Shown here: piece after piece, positions 1 to 11,100 of the stretch | How positions within the stretch are numbered: position 1 is the first letter of the stretch | Layout: each line of letters opens with the position of its first letter | DNA from: Raillietiella orientalis | Taxonomy: Eukaryota | Assembly: GCA_036172245.1 (NCBI GenBank) | Contig: JAYWIR010000103.1 | Span: 62,001 to 126,000 of the forward strand | DNA length: 64,000 nucleotides | Reading direction: 5' to 3' | Position numbers and translations under genes: made by a program | The notes under the pieces: model-generated | The model's input: only the letters and a program-made list of their open reading frames with translations | Database searches by the model: none | Told to the model about the DNA's origin: nothing

Positions 1-3000
1 AGGATCCTGGATTCCTTTAATACCGGGGGCCACTTCAGCACATCTTTAGGGATGGCGAGCAGCTCGCACCATCTCATTAGTCCACGCGGCTGGACGCTCG
101 GGGTCGTGGCGTCCGCCAGTTCTCCTGTGGTCCAGCCGCTTAACATCTCCCTGCCTGCGATCTGGCAGGTGACTTGCCACCTCGGCTTCTGGCAATCCTG
201 AAGCGCCCTTAAGAGGTAGGGCATCGCCGTAGCAAGAGGGGTCGTCAACGCCCACCTGCGACTCCGAGGAAATTCCAGTATTTCCCGCAGGGTGCGGTTG
301 GCGTATGGGCCGATTCGCAGGCAGTTCATGTGGTTTTCGCTCCTCCGGTCCAGCTTAGCCCATGTGCCAGCAGACTCCTCTAACCAGGCGGAGGAGTTGG
401 CGAAGCCACAAACCATCCAACCGTTCGTCTTCGCCAAGGTTGCTATGCGTCCGAGCATAAGGCCGCATCTTCGGATCTTCCGGCCAGGGCACAGAAGACA
501 CGACGCGAGTCCTTCGCATCGGGACACACGCCTGGCGAGGTGGCGGGCCGGAACGCACCAAGGGGTGCTCCACATCTTCGCTGCGATGGCGAGGGTTCGC
601 CACCGCAGCTGGATTTCCACGCGTTCCAGCGTCAGAAGGCCAAGACCGCCGTCCGGACGCGGAGCGCACAAGTCCTGCAGAGGGACTCGGGGCCTCCCCT
701 TGCCCCAAAGGGCGATGCGGAGGAGGTCCTTCGTCCTCTTTTTGCATTCTCTGGTGGCGGGGCAAACAAAAAGCAAGGGGCGGAGGATGGGGGCCGCGAA
801 GGCGTTCCAAACCGCGGCCCGTTCCGGCAAGTAAAACTTGCCTTCCAGGAACGGGCCGATCGCCGTCTCGACTTTTTGAAGACAGCTGGGCCACGCCTCC
901 GCAGGGGAGTAGTCACCCAACGGCACACCAAGGTACTTGATGCACCTCGCCGTGGGGATCCCCAGACGGACCCAGTCCTGCTGCCCTGCCCACGCCGCAC
1001 CTACTGGCACCACCGACGACTTCGCCCTGTTGACCTGCAGTCCGGTCCCACGGCTGAGCAGATCGAAGAAGTCTCCGACCGCCTTCGCCGGGGTGGACAT
1101 AGGTAACAGGAGCAGAAGTTCGTCGGCATAGGCTGCTACGGCGGGCGTGCCGGGACAGGAGCTAGGCAAGGAGGCCAAAGTCACCCTGTAGGCTCTCAGC
1201 ACCGACTCAAATTAGGTGCAGAAGAGCAGGGGACTCAGGCTATCTCCCTGCCTGATGCCCCGCCGCACCGGCACGCAATGCACCTTCTGACCGCTGAAAG
1301 AGACGGAAATTATCGCATGGCGCCAGCAGGAGCGCAGGTAATTGATCAAGGAGGGTGGGAAGCCCATGCGACCCAGGAGCTCCAACAAAAGCCTCTAATC
1401 AACACAGTCGAACGCCTTATGGAGATCGACTGCGAGCGCTAAGGCCCCCTTCCCCGCCCGGGAGTCCATTCCCTGCCCTGCTGGCGGCCCCAAAGTGGGG
1501 TTGCCGATTTTTCCTTTCCCTTCCTTTTGACACCTCTGCGCGTGCATCCACGTGCTCGCGAAGAAGAGTTTGGCATCCATACTTCGCCCGGGAACAGCAT
1601 ATGTCTGCTCCGGGCTAATAATGGATTCTGCCACCTGCCCCAGACGCGAAGCCCATAGCCCGGCAACCAACTTGGCGTCCGTATTCACAATCGTGATCGG
1701 ACGCCAGTTGTTCAAATTCCTAAGGTCTCGCCCTTTCGGAAAGAGCCTCACTCTGGCTGACCGAAACGAGGCGGGAACATCGCCTTCGTCTCGGATCAGC
1801 CTTGTCAGCTGAAGCAGCAGGGGTGCCAGCTCTTCCGCGAAGCTCTGATAGAACTCCGCGGGCAAGCCGTCTTCCCCTGGAGCTTTCCGCCTCTTGAGCC
1901 TTTTGATACCGGCGAGAATTTCGCCGGAGGTAAAAGGCTCATCGAGGCTTAACGACTCCTCCTCCCCTATTGCCGGGGCAACATCCGGAAGCAAGAGCCG
2001 AGAGGCATCTTGATCCGGGGGCGCCCTGGCGTAAAGGGAGGAATAATAACTCCGCACGAGATGCCGTACCGACGCCGAAGACGAACATTCCCGGCCCTGG
2101 CATTCCCGGCCCTGGAACATTCCCATGAACATACCCGGATTGCCAGGCTTGGCGTTCGGCCCCGGCGCGGTACTCGGCCAGGCGACGGACATTAGGGGTT
2201 CGCTCGTACCTACAGCCTGTAAATAGGCCCGATGGTTGCGAGAACCCTCGCCGAATCCGGAGGGCAGGCGGTCCAGGGGGAACTGCTCGCAGAATTCTCG
2301 GACCGATTCCTTAAAAAGGTCCCAGTCTTGGAGATTCCGGAGCGTGACGCCTCTCAGGTATTCGCGAAGGTGTTCCTTCGCACCTGAGAGTCGCGTCCAG
2401 TCCCCCGGCAGACGCCAGTCTCTGGATGGCGGTCCTTTGTCGCGAGGCCGCATCTCGAAAATTAACCGGGAATGGTCCGACACCGTTGACGCAACCCTCC
2501 CCCGTTTGCCGACCCGTGAACACAGGTCAGCGTCGAGGAAGACGTGGTCGATGCTGCGGACCATTCCCCTCTCACCCGCGAACAAGTTGCGCGCACGCAT
2601 GGCGGCGCACAACTCGTTCATCGCGTTCACCTGTGTTTCCGGCTCACCTGTTAGCAGGCGGAGATTGAAATCTCCCGCTATCAGGTGAGCCTTCCGCACG
2701 CTCGTGTTCGCCAGCCAGTCGCGCTTCAGGGATTCAAGCAGCCTGGTACGGTTGCTGTATCCCTTTTGACCGGTTGGGGCGTACACATTCGTGACGATCA
2801 GATCGATCGAGTCCGACCAGCCGAGAGTCAGCTGACCGACCCGACCGTCGTCATCGAAGCACACGCCCTTCACGGCAGCGTCGATGGCCGGCTTCACGAA
2901 GAACGCGACCCCGCAGGTGTTGCGGATGCCGCATTGCCAGTACAGCCGACCCCCCGCGATCGTCTCGATCTCCTGGACGTCTGCCGCGGTGATCACGTGG

Positions 3001-3131
3001 ATCTCCTGCAACAGGGCCAGGTCGAACTCCCGCAGGGTGTCAGCTGTATCTCGCCTGTTACCGTCGTCGCGCAGCCCGTTGACATTCCAACAGGCCGCGC
3101 GAATCCGACGGCGACTGGCGAGCCCAGGTGT
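1..3131 (-). pseudogene. ORF2 (APE endonuclease + reverse transcriptase) of A4, disrupted
   Basis: Motifs CWNVNGL, LQEIH, NVYAP, AGDFN, SIDH, SDH, KAPGEDG, WRPITIVN, DLHKAFD, RQGDSLSP; stops near 1395 and 1212; compensating frameshifts at about 2100-2215. Confidence 0.92.
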
Positions 3132-4882
3132 TACTCCTGGGAAGATGGCAGTGCGGCGTCCGCCACCTGCTGGGGCGGGACGCTAGGTGTAGCAGGGGGG
3201 TCAGGTGCTGAAAGCACCTGGTCCCCCTCCTCCATCGGTGCCGGCGCGTCGGCCGGATCACCCGCAGGTGGAGTCGCGCCTACCTGTTCGCCCTCCTCCA
3301 TGGGGGCGGGCTGTTCAGGGTCGGCGCCTGCAGGGGGGACTTCACCCCCCTGTTTACCCTCCCCGATGGGGGTGGCCGCATCGACGGCTTCCGAGCGTGG
3401 GAATTCCTCCTCCGAATTTCCCACGCTGGCGACGGCTTCCGTCTTCTCCTCCTCGCTGGTGGAGGGGAGGCGCCTCCTGGGCTTCTGGGACTTGCGTCCC
3501 GATTTCCTGGGGGGTGCCTCCGAGGAGGAGGATGTGCTTCCGGCCCCCAGGTCTAGCTCACCTTTGGGGGCCTTCCTCGCCGGAGCCGGCCTTCGCACGG
3601 CCTTGCGCGAGGGGTTCTCACGCTCGGCCAGCGTGACCGCGAGCTCCTCCGCCGCCTGCGCGAACGCGGCGTCCGCGGCTTCGACCGCCGCTATGTCGCG
3701 CGGCTCACCCTCTGTGTAAACAGAGGGTTCGCCGTCGCGAGCCTCGGGCGCAGCGGAAACGGCAAGGGGAGGATCGACGCTCCGGGTGGCAATCTGGGGA
3801 ACGACGATTCGTTCCAGTGCCACCGTGCACTCGCACAAAGTTTTCGAGCGCGGACCGGGATTTTTCGGCTTACCGGCCGTCTTGCGCTCTTTGCTCTTCG
3901 CGGGTGGGAGTTTCCTCGGCTTTCTGGCCTCTACAAGCTGCCATCCCTCTTCGCCTTCCACCGTTTCAGAAGGTTTATCCTCCGGCTTACGCGCCGGAGG
4001 TTGATGTGTTGGCAGCTTGTGCTGGTTCTTTTCTACTTTAGGTCTAGAGACCTTTGAAGCACGTTTCCCTTGCGCTTTTTTCGCGGCAGGGAAAACCGGA
4101 GTGGGGAGTTTGGGACACACGCGCCGAACGTGGCCCCGCTCCCCGCACAAATGGCATTGTATATTGGGACACCTTTTACGTAGGTGTCCCACGGTATCAC
4201 AATGCCCGCAATACCGGGGCTTCCCTACATACCACAGGTCGACGTTTTCTTGCGCCACCTGTAGTTTGTGGGGAAGCCCACAATTCTCCCGTACGGTCAC
4301 CCGCGCTGCAGCCTGCCCACCAAAAAGGCTATCGAAGCCGTCGAAAATGAAGGGTTTCGGCCACAGTGCGTGCACCTCACCGTATTTCCGCAAGTCCTCA
4401 CCAACCGCTGACCGCGTCATGCGGCTGGTGATGCCAGTCATGTGGACCACCACGGAGCGGTCCATAGATACTGGCAGGATCTTGCGGCCGTCTACGTTCA
4501 GCGGCGCATGGATAAGGCGGTGAGCCAAGGTGACATCTTTGCAGACCACCTCGACCCGCTGCCCGCCGCTGAGGACGGAGAGGCCGTCCAGATCCTTCTC
4601 TGTGACATTCGCGTCCTTCAACGCTTTGCTGAATGCGCGCGCTGTGCGGCCGTCGAACAAGTTGCCTACCTGGTGCACAAGCGAAGTCTTGTACCCGGAG
4701 GCCTTGTATGCGGCCATCTCCGCCATCTCTTCTGCGCTGGGCGCGGCCACCATGGCGCTCCATGTCCTCGGCGTGGCCGGGGATGATTCAGGGGCGGCTG
4801 CCCCTGTTCCATTAGGCTGTGGGGGCGAACTAGCCTCCCCCACTCCCACCTCCATCGCGGTGTCCTCTGGCGTTGTGGCCAT
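3131..4882 (-). CDS. ORF1 nucleic-acid-binding protein (zinc knuckles) of A4, open frame of 583 aa
   Basis: MATTPEDTAMEV start; CGHCDTVGHLRKRC and CHLCGERGHVRRVC (CX2CX4HX4C); basic/acidic low-complexity tail. Confidence 0.9.
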   Translation of the reverse strand: MATTPEDTAMEVGVGEASSPPQPNGTGAAAPESSPATPRTWSAMVAAPSAEEMAEMAAYKASGYKTSLVHQVGNLFDGRTARAFSKALKDANVTEKDLDGLSVLSGGQRVEVVCKDVTLAHRLIHAPLNVDGRKILPVSMDRSVVVHMTGITSRMTRSAVGEDLRKYGEVHALWPKPFIFDGFDSLFGGQAAARVTVRENCGLPHKLQVAQENVDLWYVGKPRYCGHCDTVGHLRKRCPNIQCHLCGERGHVRRVCPKLPTPVFPAAKKAQGKRASKVSRPKVEKNQHKLPTHQPPARKPEDKPSETVEGEEGWQLVEARKPRKLPPAKSKERKTAGKPKNPGPRSKTLCECTVALERIVVPQIATRSVDPPLAVSAAPEARDGEPSVYTEGEPRDIAAVEAADAAFAQAAEELAVTLAERENPSRKAVRRPAPARKAPKGELDLGAGSTSSSSEAPPRKSGRKSQKPRRRLPSTSEEEKTEAVASVGNSEEEFPRSEAVDAATPIGEGKQGGEVPPAGADPEQPAPMEEGEQVGATPPAGDPADAPAPMEEGDQVLSAPDPPATPSVPPQQVADAALPSSQE

Positions 4883-4973
4883 TGGACACCGACGATGTAC
4901 ACAAAACACCATACAGAAGAAAAAGCGCTTTCCTACTGCTCTTTCGGGAGTGAAGGAAAAACACGTCCTCCTA

Positions 4974-6363
4974 CTGGCCTTGGAGGGTTCCGGCTGCAAC
5001 GAGGCAGCCAGTTCCTCCGCGGCTCGCGCGAAGGTTACGTCATCATGGTTTTGTCGATCTCGGACGCCGCCGCCGTCTCGATCCCCTCGCTATTGACAGA
5101 ATCAACAGAGGGGAAGTCGTCGGTAGGGGCGAGTTCTTTTTGGCAGCGTTAGGCAACATCGAGAACGCGTTCGAGAACGACGCTGCACTCTTCAATTATC
5201 GCGCTACCCTGCTGTTTCTTCTTCTGTTGCTAGGAGATTTTTATTTCCATCCTCCTCTCCTTTGATTTTTGGCTGTTGCCAATTGCCATTCAGTCTCCCG
5301 GGCGGCTCCCTCAACTTTTTCGGCGTTGGTCGCCGGGGTCTCGGGTGCGGCCTGGGTCTTGGGCGCGGGTGGCACACCCTTCGCGGCAGCTTTCGCCGCC
5401 ACCCTTTTCTGCAGAAGCCGAGCGCGTTTTTTAAGGTTTCTCTTGGAAACCACACGCACTGCTGCTTTAGGACACACCTCCCTCGTGTGACCCATTCTGC
5501 CGCATACTTGGCACTGCACGTTGGGACACCTCTTTTTGAGGTGGCCCGACGTATTGCAGAAGCCGTAGTATTTCGGCTTCCCCACATACCAGAGGTCGAC
5601 GGTTTCGCCTTCGACCACCGGTTCGTGGGGTAGGCAGCAACCCTCGTGAACGGTCACGCGCGCAGCCGTGAGGCCGTGTTGCAGCCTTGTGTAGTCCTCG
5701 AAAGGACTAACTTTCGTCCACCGCGCGTGGACCGTTCCGTATTCCTCCAACACGGAGCGAACTTGTTATTTGCGCATTCGCGCGGTTACGCCTAACAGGT
5801 GGACCACCATGCTGCGGTCCGATGTAGTGGGGAGGAGCCTGAGCGTCCCCATCACAACGGGGGCTTTAAGCAGTCGTTGGGCCAGCTCTGCTTGTTTGCA
5901 GATGACCTCAACGTACTGACCATCGCTGCGGATGGTCATAGGGTTGAGCTCCTCCTCTTTCACATCGAGAGCGCGCATGCCCTTCGAAAAGGCGCGCGCG
6001 CTCACTAAAGAATGAAGGTTGCCTACCTTGTAGAACAATGAGGGGTTGTACCCCTGCTCTACATAGGCCGACAATTTCGCCGCGGCTGCAGGCGATGGCG
6101 CCGACACAACGGCGATTTTCGCCTTCGCTGCAGCGGGGACCGATTTTGTGGGGGCAGATGCTTCCACCTCCATCGCCTCTGAGGGCGACGTTGCCGCCGC
6201 TACCTGGCTCTTATTCGCCTCTGGGGGCGGCGTTGCCGCTGCCCCCAGGCCATCGCTGGTGGTCGCGTGAAGCAACGCTGCCTGATCGACCACCGAGCGA
6301 CACGACGCTTGCGCTGGGGGAGACTTCCTGGCACGAGGAGCACCGAGAAAACACGTCCACCCT
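4974..6363 (-). mobile_element. 5' part (5' UTR + disrupted ORF1) of a C-related element (subfamily F), interrupted by A4
   Basis: GGACGTGT at 6358-6351; ORF1 pieces YVEQGYNPSLFYKVG and CQVCGRMGHTREVC match subfamily C ORF1; breaks at AAEELAASLQPEPSKA. Confidence 0.85.
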
Positions 6364-6383
6364 GGAGCACGCAAGGCTCTCGA

Positions 6384-9192
6384 TTTTCACCCGGATTTCG
6401 CAGGGGCGTTTATTGTAAAATAAATATTTACAAAGACGTGCGGTGGCTGAACCATTGCTCCAGCCACGCACGAAGAAACCAGAGCGTGCCGGGTCACCGG
6501 CTCGCAGACCGGCACGGTCAATCACGGCAGCAGGGGGTAGGGGGAAAAACAAAAAACAAAACAAAAAGAAAATGAAAAATTGGGAGGGTACGTGAAGGTA
6601 TCACTGTAGTTGGTGGGGCCGTTGCATCCTTTGCAGGATGCCGGCAAGCTCTTCCTGCATGCTTGGATCCAGGTGAGGCCATCGCGACGCCCTCCTCAGG
6701 AACTGAGAAGCTGGCTTTATGGCACCCTGGTCGTGTGGTCCTCCTGTAGCCTTGCTCCAGGCGACGACGATCCCGGGAAGGCAGCACAGAGCAGCTAAAG
6801 AGGTCGCTGGCCGAAGGGCGTGGGCAACGAAGAGGGCTTTCAGTGCGTCCCTGGGGTTGCCGCAGCTGATTCCGATGGCGGCAGCAAAGCGAAACCAAAG
6901 GGGCCGAAGGGCACCACAATCCACTAGCAGGAGGGGGAGGGACTCCCGTTCCCCACACCTGACGCAATTGGGGTCCACCGCTTCCCAGGTCCAGTGGTCT
7001 CGGCGGGCGTTGCAGGGGAGTACCCAGTGCTGCAACAGGAGAGCCGAATCCTGCCATTTTAAGGGAGGAGTGGAAGTGTTCATTAGCACCGGGGGCCACT
7101 TCAGATGTTTAATTGGAACATCGAGCAGCGCGCCCCAGCGCAGAAGTCCATTGAAAGGCGTACTCGGGGACGCAGCGTGTGCTAACTGGCCCGTCTAACA
7201 ACCTCCTATCTTCTTCTTCTTTCCGTGAATTTTTACTGTAACCTCCCACTCCGCCGCAACATCGCTGTCTAGATCCTCCATCAGGGAGGGCAGCGCAGCA
7301 GCGAGGGGGGTTCTTCCTGCCCACGCTCTCTTCTTTGGATCCTACAGAATCTCGCGGAGCGTGCAACTTCTGTAACCCCCAAACAGGAACCTTCGTTCCT
7401 GTTGGGAGCGTTGCATGCCGAACTATCCCCACGTTCGAACAGTCTCCTGCAACCAGGCACTACCGTTCAAAGGGCGACAGGTGAGCAATCCTCGGTTCTT
7501 CCGGTACAGCGCAGCCACCGTCCGTTGCTGGAGTTCGCATCGGTTAACGCGGCGACGGAGTGCAAGAAACGACGTCAGTTCCGTCTTGCCGGTGGCTTCC
7601 TGGAGAAGGAGACGTTGAGGGACGCACCAACAGGTGCACCACGACTCTGGAACAAGTACCGATATTCGGAACTGGAGCTGAAGCTCCAGCCGCTTCAGGA
7701 TCAGGAGGCCCCGACCACCGTCTCGACGAGGAGCGCACAGCCCTTTAAGCGGAATCGGGTTCTCCCGTTGCCCTAAAGATCGATACGAAGAAGGTCCTTT
7801 GTACGCTTTTTTATCCTGTCGGTGGGGGGGAAAAACAAAAAACAGGGGGTGAAGGAAAGGTGCCGCGAACGTGTTCCAAACCGCGACCCGTTCAGGCAGG
7901 AAAATCCTGCCGCCTCGGAAAAATCCGATCGCCGTCCCTACTTTCTGCAGGCAGCCGAACCACGCTTCCGCAGGGGATTAGTCCCCCAACGGCGAACCAA
8001 GGTACTTAAAGTACATCACCGTGGGGATTACCAAACGGACCCAGTCTTGCTGCCCTGCCAACGCCGCATTAACTGGCATCATGGCCGACTTCGCCCTGTT
8101 CACCGTAAGTCCGGTTCCCCGATGCAGCAGGTCGAAGAACTCCTCGACCGCCGCAGCCGGGGTGGACATAGGGAGCAGCAGCAGAAGGTCGTCCGCGTAT
8201 GCTGAAACGGCCGGCGTACCGGCACAGTCGTGTGGCAGGTGCGCCAGAGTTTCCCTGTACGCTCTCAGTGGCAACTTAAAGTAGGTACTGAAGAGCAAGG
8301 GGATCAGGCTGTCTCCCTGACGGATATCACGCCGCACCGGCTCGCCGCGCACGGTCTGCCCGCTGAAAGATACGTTGATGAGCGCGTCGCGCCAGCAGGA
8401 GCGCAGATAGGCCACTAATGAGGCCGGGAAGCCCAAGCGTTCCAGAAGCTCCAGAAGGAGATTCTGGTCGACGCAATCGAATGCTTTCTGCAAGTCGATT
8501 GCGACCGTAAGGGCTCCCTCCCCCACCCGACCATCCAACCCCTTGCCGGCGCACGCACCGGAATTCCGGCTGCGCACCAAGCTCCTTTCATGTTGGAGCT
8601 CTAGCCAGGTGGAAGCGTGGAACAGGTTCGCCTCCATGCTTCGCCCGGGAACAGCATATGTCTGTTCCGGGCTGATGAAGATGTTGGCAACCCGTCCCAG
8701 ACGCTCTGCCCAAACCTTGGCCACCAACTTGGCGTCCGCATTCACTATTGTGATGGGACGCCAGTTGTTCATGCTCCTCAGATCTCCTCCCTTAGGGAGG
8801 AGCCGCACCTTTGCCGAACCAAACGAGGCGGGAACGTCACCTGTTTCGCGTATCAGCAAGGTGAGTTGCTGTACCAGGGGGGTAAGCTCAGCCGCGAAAG
8901 TTTGATAAAAATCCGCGGACAGGCCGTCCTCCCCTGGAGCCTTGCGCCTATTGCGCTTTCTGATGGCCGAGAGGATCTCGTCCATCGTGAAAGGCTCGTC
9001 GAGGGTCTTTCTCTGCTCCTCCCCGATCGCTGGAGTGCCTTCCGGAAGCAGGTGTCGCGGGACGTTCCTCTCCGGAGGTGCCTTGCCATACAGGGAGAAG
9101 TAGTATCTCCGCAGCTGGCCGCGGATTTGGGTAAGTGCCGAGTGCTCCTGGCCCTCATCGTCCAGCAAGCTGGCCGATCCGGACTACCAGGG
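6384..9192 (-). mobile_element. 3' two-thirds of a C-related element (subfamily F): ORF2 pseudogene + 3' UTR
   Basis: RT motifs in 7978-9168 (KAPGEDG, NWRPITIVN, DLQKAFD, YADD); CVRCGERES near 6960; ORF2 stop at 6601; terminal AATAAA-hairpin at 6384-6413. Confidence 0.9.
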
Positions 9193-9199
9193 TTGGTCC

Positions 9200-10799
9200 C
9201 CCAGTGTTCCGCTGGGGAACGTCAGCCCAGTGGAAGTGTGATCGTTCTGGCTTCTGAAGGCAAGGACTTCTCTGAGCCCGTTCCACGATGGCAAGTTCCT
9301 CCTGTCGGAGCGGGCCGCGATATGGAACTCCTTCGTTGCCTTCCTCTTCGCCCCCTACTTTTTGTTTGCCCGCCTTTCTACTCGGTTAATCTCCAGGCGC
9401 ACAGCCTGTTGAGGAACGCTCTGTGGGGACCTGCGAGTTCCAGGTTCAGCCTCAAAGTTTTTGCGACTCCGCTTGGGGATTTTGGCTTAGGCATCCTGAC
9501 GCAGGGGAGAATCGAGCTGCAGGTGCAGCTTTGGAAGTTGGCCCTGTGTCTCAACCTTTGGTCCACTTCGTGGTGCGCTCAAGCGCGCCTACTCCTGCGG
9601 CGCTGCAACGCCGGCGATGGATTACTTTCGCTCCTGCTGCATAACGAGCGCGCAAAGAAAAGCTTCGGTTTCTTCTTGAAACCGCTCTACCGGCTCCTGG
9701 CAGACCATGAATGTATCTCCTGCCGCCCAACGAACTGTAAAGATTGGCGGCAGGAACCGTTGCAGGGCTGAGCAAGGCACCTGGATGTTTTCCTCCTGGA
9801 ACTACGGTGTGCTCACCTCTCCCCGTACTGCACGGTGAATGAGGTGTGCGACAGCCAGGAGAAGTGGACCCGCCTAGTCGTCACCCCCCTTGCCGAAGCA
9901 CTGTCAGCCCTCATGGCAAGAGATGACAGCTGCGAACCGGCGAGATGGGATGTCGCCTGCACCATCGCAGGAACAACACGACCTATTGGCGGCTGGAGGA
10001 CTGGCGAGCTAGCGGACGCTGCCACGCCTCGCCACGTTTCGAAGGGACTCCTTCGGTGGAGCGAACACTCAAGTGTGACCCCCGAAGAACTTGTGGTTCC
10101 TCCCTCCTGTTTGAACACTTCTGTGTTCCCCCTTTCGTGGAAGCAGGACGTCATCATGATGGTGCATTGGGGTGTTAACTTCAACCTGCGGAAGAACCGT
10201 GTCTCTGGGGGAGTATTCTCCCAAAACTGTAAGCAATGCGGGAAAGTGGAGACGCTCCTGCAGCTGCTCCTGGACTGCGGTGCCCTCCTAGGACTGTGGC
10301 GTAGGCTGGCCTAAGCTCTCCTGCACCAGTGGGACACCGCAAGAGATTTGATGCACCGCTTCTTTACGCCAAGCGGACTGTCCTTAGATGCTTTAATCGC
10401 AACGGTCTGTTGCACCCACGCCATCGACAAGGCCCACCGAGAGTTGGAGAAGCTGGCCATCCTTCGTCAGCCCACCGGACTAGCCAGCGCAAACATGTCG
10501 TCGGCTGCCGAGTGGGCCCACCTACCAGAGAGCGTGAGGAGTGAGATCGCCGGGATCCGTCGCCGGTTCTTTTAGAAAGGAACGGCCGAACCAAAGACCC
10601 CTGCCTCCTGCCCAACATATTTTTCTTTTTATTGTTTATAGTAGTGTATTTGTGGTCCCCTTGCTCCCGTTCCGAACTTTCGACATACCGAATTGCGTGT
10701 CGGGGATCCCACCCCCTTCGTCTCTTGTTTTTCCCTTTGTCCAGGAACTCTGTTCTTAAATAGTTTTTCAATAAACGCCTTGGCGTACCCGGGTGATAA
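9200..10799 (+). mobile_element. 5'-truncated, decayed D-related element (ORF2 C-terminus + 3' UTR)
   Basis: LLRNALWGPA, PARWDVACTIAG, CKQCGKVETL align with the D copy at 53.9-55.1 kb; ends AATAAACGCCTTGGCGTACCCGGGTGATAA. Confidence 0.85.
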
Positions 10800-11100
10800 A
10801 CATCCAACCACCCGCGATCTTCTCGATTTCCTGGACGTCTGCCGCATTGCTCACTTGGATGTCCTGTAGCAGCGCGAGGTTAAAGAGTCGCAGGTTGTTC
10901 GCTACCAATAACCACTTCTCGTCGTTCTGCAGTCCGTTCACGTTCCAACACGCTACGAACAAGCGATGATCAGAAGCGATTCCCTTCATTAATGCTGAGA
11001 AGTTAGCGGCTTTTTGCTTTCTTTCACCGGAGAGCGGACGGTAAGCTAAAGATCACTGTCGCCACTGTCCTCCAAGGTTTAGCTCCAGTCTCTCCACCCA
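10800..11100 (-). pseudogene. ORF1 end / ORF2 start of a D-related element; upstream extent uncertain
   Basis: TAATG overlap at 10991-10987; MKGIASDHRLFVACWNVNGLQNDEK is homologous to the D ORF2 N-terminus. Confidence 0.85.

Larger units (their letters stand above)
1..4973 (-). mobile_element. L1/Tx1-clade non-LTR retrotransposon, subfamily A (copy A4); 3' part runs off the window start
   Basis: 5' motif GGACGTGT at 4968-4961; ORF1 with CCHC knuckles followed by APE-RT ORF2; closely similar to copies at 41.4-61.4 kb. Confidence 0.93.
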
